Part shown: piece by piece, positions 58,416-64,000 of the stretch | Numbering within the stretch: the first letter of the stretch is position 1 | Layout: every line of letters starts with the position of its first letter | Assembly: GCA_963840855.1 (NCBI GenBank) | Contig: CAWJBB010000021.1 | Coordinates: 96,001 to 160,000, forward strand | DNA length: 64,000 nt | From: an uncultured delta proteobacterium | GTDB lineage: Bacteria; Desulfobacterota; Binatia; UBA9968 | Direction of reading: 5' to 3' | Program-made: the position numbers and the translations under genes | The notes under the pieces: generated by a model | The model's input: only the letters and a program-made list of their open reading frames with translations | What the model was told of the DNA's origin: nothing | Database searches by the model: none

Positions 58416-59738
58416 ATGGATCTTTTTGGCGACACACAGGGAAAGGCGCGGACTGAGTCCCGTCCTCTGGCCGACAGAATGCGCCCGCGCACGCTCGAGG
58501 AATTTGTCGGTCAAGGGCATCTGCTTTCTTCGGGCAAGCTGCTTCGTGAATTGGCCAACGCCGGCGAGTTGCGCTCGCTCATCCTTTGGGGTCCGCCGGG
58601 CAGCGGCAAGACGACTCTGGCGCAACTCCTCGCCCGCTCGGCCGGCGCGGTTTGCGTTCATTTCTCCTCCGTCACCTCCGGGGTGAAAGACCTAAAGAAA
58701 ATCTTTCAAGAGGCGCAAGACCTGCAACGCCTCGGCAAGCGCACGGTGCTGTTCGTCGATGAGATTCACCATCTCAACAAGTCGCAGCAGGACAACTTTC
58801 TTCCTCATGTCGAGCGCGGCACTCTAATCTTGATCGGCGCGACGACGGAGAATCCTTCTTTCGAAGTGATCTCCCCCCTGCTCTCGCGCTGCCAGGTTTT
58901 GGTATTGCATCCTCTGTCCGACGAAGACCTCGCCAAGATCATCGACGGCGCCCTATCCGACGCTCAACGAGGATTGGGCGCGGTGGGATTGTCTATCGAT
59001 GCCGAAGCACGGGATTTTCTCATCCGGCAGAGTCACGGCGACGCGCGCGCGGCATTGAATGCCCTGGAAATCGCGGCCGCCCTGGCGCGCAAGGACAAGA
59101 TCATCGATTTGCAAAATGCCCAAGAAGCCTTGCAGCGAAAAGCGCTCCGCTACGACAAAGCCGGCGAGGAGCACTACAACGTTATCTCCGCGTTTATCAA
59201 GAGCCTGCGTGGCAGCGATCCTGACGCGGCGCTTTACTGGATGATGCGCATGCTCGAAGCCGGCGAAGACCCGCTGTTCATCGCCCGGCGCATGGTCATT
59301 TTCGCTGCGGAAGATGTCGGCAACGCAGATCCGAGGGCGCTGCAATTCGCCGTCGCAGCCAAGGATGCGGTTCACTTCGTCGGGCTCCCTGAAGGCCGCA
59401 TTCCGCTGGCGCAGGCCGCGACTTATCTTGCCACCGCGCCCAAATCCAATGCATCCTACAAAGCGATGCTGGCGGCGGCGAAGGACGTCGAAGAAAATGG
59501 CGCTTTGCCCGTGCCGCTGCACCTGCGCAACGCACCCACGGAGCTAATGGATAAGCTCGGCTACGGCAAGGGGTACAAGTATGCCCATGACTTTCCCGAT
59601 CACGTGGTCGAGCAGGAACACCTGCCGAAGGAGCTCGAAGCGAACAAGTATTATTTTCCGTCGGACTCCGGCGAAGAGAAGCAAATTAAGCAACGCATGA
59701 TGCAATGGGATCAAAAACGGAAGCGGCCATCCGATTGA
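58416..59738 (+). CDS. rarA: Replication-associated recombination protein A
   Basis: PLADRMRP, WGPPGSGKTT, DEIH, GATTENPSF, ISAFIKS.RGSD and PKSN motifs. Confidence 0.96.
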   Translation: MDLFGDTQGKARTESRPLADRMRPRTLEEFVGQGHLLSSGKLLRELANAGELRSLILWGPPGSGKTTLAQLLARSAGAVCVHFSSVTSGVKDLKKIFQEAQDLQRLGKRTVLFVDEIHHLNKSQQDNFLPHVERGTLILIGATTENPSFEVISPLLSRCQVLVLHPLSDEDLAKIIDGALSDAQRGLGAVGLSIDAEARDFLIRQSHGDARAALNALEIAAALARKDKIIDLQNAQEALQRKALRYDKAGEEHYNVISAFIKSLRGSDPDAALYWMMRMLEAGEDPLFIARRMVIFAAEDVGNADPRALQFAVAAKDAVHFVGLPEGRIPLAQAATYLATAPKSNASYKAMLAAAKDVEENGALPVPLHLRNAPTELMDKLGYGKGYKYAHDFPDHVVEQEHLPKELEANKYYFPSDSGEEKQIKQRMMQWDQKRKRPSD

Positions 59739-59770
59739 TCTTACCTTGCAGCACAAAATCGTGTCCGTCC

Positions 59771-59792
59771 GGGTTCAACGACTTGAACCCGC
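59771..59792. terminator. Hairpin between convergent rarA and ptrB
   Basis: CGGGTTCAA-cgac-TTGAACCCG, built from the same GTTCAA/TTGAAC core. Confidence 0.55.
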
Positions 59793-59828
59793 GGTATGCG
59801 GTTGTGCTCTTTGCGGTCAAATTCTTTC

Positions 59829-61874
59829 TTACTCTTTAATCCCAGCCAGATCGAGTAGGAATACATACGAAAACGCCGTCTCGAGATGGCGGCGGAAGCG
59901 GCCCGTTGCCCCGCCGTGGCCGGCGTCCATATTGGTTTTAAGCAGCAGTCGATTGTTATCGGTCTTCAACTCGCGCAGCTTCGCGACCCACTTGGCGGGC
60001 TCCCAGTATTGCACCTGGGAGTCGTGTAAGCCGCCGGTGATTAACAAATGCGGATAGGCCTTGGCTGCCACATTGTCATAGGGCGAATAGGAAAGTATGT
60101 AATCGAAATATTCTTTTTGATTAGGATCGCCCCACTCGTCGTATTCCCCGGTGGTCAACGGAATCGAAGGATCGAGCATCGTCGTGACCACGTCGACGAA
60201 CGGTACTTCAGCGACCACGCCTTTAAACAGAGCGGGACGCATATTGGCGACCGCGCCCATGAGCAAGCCGCCAGCGCTGCGCCCCATGGCAAATAGTTTA
60301 TCCGGGTTAGTAAACTTTTCATGAACGAGAAACTCCGCGCAGGCGATGAAGTCGGTAAAAGTATTCTTCTTATGGAGCATCTTTCCCTCTTCGTACCAGC
60401 GGCGTCCGAGTTCCTGTCCGCCGCGGATGTGCGCGATGGCGTAGACGAAGCCGCGGTCGACGAGACTCAAGCGTGGCGAGGCGAACGCCGCGTCGATGCT
60501 GAATCCGTAGGAGCCATAGCCATAGAGCAAAAGAGGATTTTGACCGTCTTTCCGTAAGCCCTTGCGGTAAACAATGGACAAAGGAATCTCCGCGCCATCG
60601 ACGGCACGCGCGTAGAGACGCTCGGTCACATAGTTATCGGCGTCGAAGCCGCCCAGCACTTCTTCTTGTTTAAGCAGCACACGCTGGCGCGTGTTCATGT
60701 CGTAGTCGTAAATCGTCAGCGGTGTCTTCATCGAAGTGTATTCGAAGCGCAAAGTCGCCGTATCGATCTCCGGGTTCATGCCAAGGTGCGCGCGGTAGGC
60801 CGGCTCAGTGAACTCAAGATAGTGGCCGTCGCCGCTCGCCCAAGGGAGCACGCGGATTTGCGTCAGCCCACGGACGCGTTCTTCCAGCACCAGGTGGTCT
60901 TTGAAAACATCGAAGTCGCTCAGATAGACGTCCTCTCGGTGCGGCACAATCTCTTGCCAGTTTTCCCTGCCGGTGTGCTCCAGAGGCGCCGCCATTAGGC
61001 GAAAATTCTTCGCCCGGTCATTGCTGCGAATTAAAAACCGGTTGTCAAAATGGGCGACATGATATTCGTGGTCTCGTTCCCGAGTTAAAAATATCTTGAA
61101 CTCCCCATACGGATCGTCGGCATCGAGATAGCGATACTCCTGGCTGAGGGTCTGCGATGACACGATCATCAGATATTTCCTGGACTTGGTCTTGAATATC
61201 CAGGTGGAAAACGCCTCGTCGCCTTCCTCGAAAACCAGTTTGTCCTCGCGCCAGTCCGTGCCCAGCACATGGCGATAGATTTGAAACGCCCGGAGCGTCG
61301 CGGGATCTTGTTTCCCATAGAAAAGCGTCCTATTGTCGTTGGCCCAGGTGAGGTTCTCGGTCATTTCCGGCAGCACATCCGGCAGGAGCTCGCCCGTAGT
61401 CAAATTTTTGAAATAAGCGGTGTGGATGCGCCGGCCTTGTGTATCGACGGCATAGGCGACAATGTCCTGCGCCGAGCTCACCGCCCAACCGCCTATTGAA
61501 AAAAAATCATGGCCTTCTGCGAGTTCGTTGCCGTTCAGCACAACTTCTTCGGGCTGATCCAAAGCGTCTTTCTTGCGCGCGTAGATCGGATATTCCTTGC
61601 CTTCCTCGAAACGCGTGTAGTAAAAATAACCGTCCCGTTTGTAGGGCACGGACATGTCGGTTTGCTTGAATCTTGCCTTGATTTCCTCAAAAAGCTTTTC
61701 CTCTAGCGCTTTGACATGAGCCATCTCCTTTTCCGCCAAGTCGTTTTCGGCCTCGAGGAAAGCGATGACTTCAGGATTTTCCCGCTCGCGTAGCCAATAA
61801 TAGTCGTCGATGCGCGTACGGCCATGCTTTTCGAGCGGCATTGGAACCTTCTTGACCATTGAGAGCCTCCCCAT
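59829..61874 (-). CDS. ptrB: Oligopeptidase B (S9A)
   Basis: DDYYWLR, YGYGSYG, GRSAGG, LTTGEYDEWG, HDSQV.YWEPAKW and AGHGG motifs. Confidence 0.95.
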   Translation of the reverse strand: MGRLSMVKKVPMPLEKHGRTRIDDYYWLRERENPEVIAFLEAENDLAEKEMAHVKALEEKLFEEIKARFKQTDMSVPYKRDGYFYYTRFEEGKEYPIYARKKDALDQPEEVVLNGNELAEGHDFFSIGGWAVSSAQDIVAYAVDTQGRRIHTAYFKNLTTGELLPDVLPEMTENLTWANDNRTLFYGKQDPATLRAFQIYRHVLGTDWREDKLVFEEGDEAFSTWIFKTKSRKYLMIVSSQTLSQEYRYLDADDPYGEFKIFLTRERDHEYHVAHFDNRFLIRSNDRAKNFRLMAAPLEHTGRENWQEIVPHREDVYLSDFDVFKDHLVLEERVRGLTQIRVLPWASGDGHYLEFTEPAYRAHLGMNPEIDTATLRFEYTSMKTPLTIYDYDMNTRQRVLLKQEEVLGGFDADNYVTERLYARAVDGAEIPLSIVYRKGLRKDGQNPLLLYGYGSYGFSIDAAFASPRLSLVDRGFVYAIAHIRGGQELGRRWYEEGKMLHKKNTFTDFIACAEFLVHEKFTNPDKLFAMGRSAGGLLMGAVANMRPALFKGVVAEVPFVDVVTTMLDPSIPLTTGEYDEWGDPNQKEYFDYILSYSPYDNVAAKAYPHLLITGGLHDSQVQYWEPAKWVAKLRELKTDNNRLLLKTNMDAGHGGATGRFRRHLETAFSYVFLLDLAGIKE

Positions 61875-61982
61875 TCATGTTAAATCCTTTTGCCCGCGTT
61901 GCCCAGCGCGTGCCGCAGCCGAATTACTAACCGCCCCCACCCCATAGACAACGCCGCGACTCTTTAGGCATACTCCAACTCT

Positions 61983-63884
61983 ATGTACTGCAAGTCCAGA
62001 CGATTCATAGCTACTCTGTCGCTGATGATCGTCACGGCCTTGGCGCCGGCGCAAATTCTCCGCGCCCAGACACCGCCCAAAGCCATCGTCATCGGTTGGG
62101 ATGGCGCGCTACCTTCCTTCGTTCATGAAATGCTCCGCCAGGGAAATCTTCCCAACCTGGCGAGACTCATTGCCGGCGGCGCCTTTGCCGATGAGGTTAT
62201 TTCGGTTTATCCCTCCAAAACCGCGCCGGGCTTCGCGGCGCTCTGGAGCGGCGCACCGCCGCGGGCCACCGGTATTAGCGGCAACCGCCAACCCCGGGCG
62301 CCGGCCCATCAACATACGATCCTGGAAAACAACCTCTCCTTCTTGAGCGCTCCGCTGCGCGCGGAGCCAATCTGGGCAACGGCGCTGCGCGCCGGACGCA
62401 AAGCGGTACTGGCCCATGTGCCGTTCGGACGTGAGCTGTCCGATGGGGCAGTGAAGCTTCTTGGCTACGATGGCTATGCCGGACGCGACGGCGTCGTCAA
62501 TAGCCGCGCGGCCACATTGCAGCTGGCAAATTCATGGAAGAACCTTCCTGTCAGCGCGAAGCCGCCCGTGGAGATTCAATTTAGCATCGGCGCCTCGGCC
62601 TTCTTCGGCCTGTTCATCGATGACCCGGCGGACCGTCACGCCGGCTATGATACGCTTCTGGTGACTGGCTCGCGGGACGGTGCGGCGGTTGCGGCCAGAA
62701 TAAAAGCCGGCGAAGCGAATCTGGAGCGCGGCCTGTGGAGCGGGCCCATCGAAGTTAAAACCAGCGGCGGCGAGAACGCTACCGTCTATTTGCGGCTTTT
62801 CGAACTTGAACCTGACGGCACCGATTTTTTGCTTTATTATACGCGTCCAGTAAGGGGCATGATTTTCCCTGCCGAGTTCGCCGCCGGTTATGCCGCAGCC
62901 GCCGGCGCATTCATCGGTAATGGAGCGAATTTCATGTATCAAGAAGGGGCCTTTGGACCCACGCTGGCCGCCGGCGGCGCCGGCATCGCCGAAGCGCGTT
63001 ACCTGGAAACCGTAGGCATGGCGCAACGACAACTTAAGCAAACGGCCCTCTGGGCCCTACGCGGCGTAGCGTGGGATTTGCTGTTTCTTTACACGCCCTT
63101 TCCTGACGAAGGAGAGCATTTGTGGCGCGGCTATATCGATCCCGCGAGCAACGCGGATGAGAGGCTCGCCGCGGCTGCGCGTCGAAATTTAGCAGAAATC
63201 TATAAATCGTCCGATGATATTCTCGGCGCGGTGCTGGCTAACCGGCCGGACGATACGCTAATCGCGCTGGTTTCGGATCACGGCATGGAAGGCGTCAATA
63301 AATTAGTAGCGATCAACCGCGCGCTGGAGCGCGCAGGGCTGTTGGTCTTGAATGACAAAGGACAGCCGGACCTGGCGCGGACCAAGGCATTCTATCCCCC
63401 GGTCAACAACGGCTATCTATTGATCAATTCCACCGATCGAAAAAGTGGCATCGTCACCCAGGAAGAACGGGCCAGCGTGGTCACACGTCTGCGTGGCGCG
63501 ATGTTAGGCATCCGCGACGGCGGCAAAGCCGTAATTACGGCGGTGTACGACGCCCAGAGCGACGGTGAAAAAATGGGTATCGGCGGCGAGGCCGGCGGCG
63601 ATATATATCTGGACGTTCTTCCCGGTTATGACTTCGACCCGCGCACTGGCCCCGGCGAAATTATAACGCCGCGGGAGCCCTACGGCATGCATGGCTTCAA
63701 TCCAGCGCGCCCGTCCATGCACACGATTATGGTCCTAAACGGGCCGGGTATCAGCGCGCGCAAACGGCTGCAAAATGTCCGGCTCATCGACTTCGCCCCC
63801 ACCCTCGCCAAACTCCTGGGACTTCCCGCGCCCAAAGATGCCACCGGCCGCGTCTTACAAGAAGCATTCAGCGACGCGCGTTGA
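61983..63884 (+). CDS. Exported alkaline-phosphatase-superfamily protein (nucleotide pyrophosphatase/phosphodiesterase type)
   Basis: Signal peptide; IGWDG, PSKT, PDEGEH, VSDHGM, GMHG and DFAPT motifs. Confidence 0.88.
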   Translation: MYCKSRRFIATLSLMIVTALAPAQILRAQTPPKAIVIGWDGALPSFVHEMLRQGNLPNLARLIAGGAFADEVISVYPSKTAPGFAALWSGAPPRATGISGNRQPRAPAHQHTILENNLSFLSAPLRAEPIWATALRAGRKAVLAHVPFGRELSDGAVKLLGYDGYAGRDGVVNSRAATLQLANSWKNLPVSAKPPVEIQFSIGASAFFGLFIDDPADRHAGYDTLLVTGSRDGAAVAARIKAGEANLERGLWSGPIEVKTSGGENATVYLRLFELEPDGTDFLLYYTRPVRGMIFPAEFAAGYAAAAGAFIGNGANFMYQEGAFGPTLAAGGAGIAEARYLETVGMAQRQLKQTALWALRGVAWDLLFLYTPFPDEGEHLWRGYIDPASNADERLAAAARRNLAEIYKSSDDILGAVLANRPDDTLIALVSDHGMEGVNKLVAINRALERAGLLVLNDKGQPDLARTKAFYPPVNNGYLLINSTDRKSGIVTQEERASVVTRLRGAMLGIRDGGKAVITAVYDAQSDGEKMGIGGEAGGDIYLDVLPGYDFDPRTGPGEIITPREPYGMHGFNPARPSMHTIMVLNGPGISARKRLQNVRLIDFAPTLAKLLGLPAPKDATGRVLQEAFSDAR

Positions 63885-63930
63885 CATAACCGTCGAGCAG
63901 TGAATAGTCTTTTTGTTTAAGGAGAAAGTC

Positions 63931-64000
63931 ATGTCACCTACGCCAACTTGGGAACCGCCGACCAAGGTATCGCAGGAAGAAGTGTTGCGACTGAGCGAGC
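63931..64000 (+). CDS. Start of an unidentified gene (runs off window)
   Basis: TAAGGAG RBS, then MSPTPTWEPPTKVSQEEVLRLSE with no stop. Confidence 0.6.
   Translation, partial: MSPTPTWEPPTKVSQEEVLRLSE

Overview
64-kb stretch of a GC-rich Gram-negative chromosome. Gene content and order (lpxI, dapL-folK, tandem DUF507, TrmD-SPOUT fusion) suggest a deltaproteobacterial-grade lineage such as Binatota/Desulfobacterota; this is inference. 1-31 kb (minus strand) is an envelope super-cluster: lysS, lolC/E-lolD, bamA-skp-lpxD-fabZ-lpxA-lpxI-gnnA-like-lpxB-msbA-waaA-lpxK-gmhB, then LPS-core heptosyltransferases, three Kdo/WaaP-family kinases, glycosyltransferases and a decaying GDP-heptose module. 31-38.6 kb holds metF and an Rrf2-led SUF operon that lacks sufB and ends in a truncated globin. 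38.7-64 kb is housekeeping: rsmD-coaD, aminotransferase, tRNA-fMet, dapL-folK, ldcA/serine hydrolase/mpl, DUF507 pair, groES/EL, ffh-rpsP-khpA-rimM-trmD-rplS, bactofilin, rarA, ptrB and a phosphodiesterase. Signals outside the ORF track: a 239-bp MITE with 17-bp TIRs and a TTGAA duplication; a dispersed family of TTGAAC-core 7/9-mer intergenic arrays; a 61-bp structured motif present twice upstream of LPS genes; three perfect DnaA boxes in one divergent intergenic region; an hddA pseudogene; and four +1 frameshifts in essential genes (probably sequence errors). No CRISPR array, prophage or autonomous transposase was seen. All family calls are from motif recognition, not database searches.
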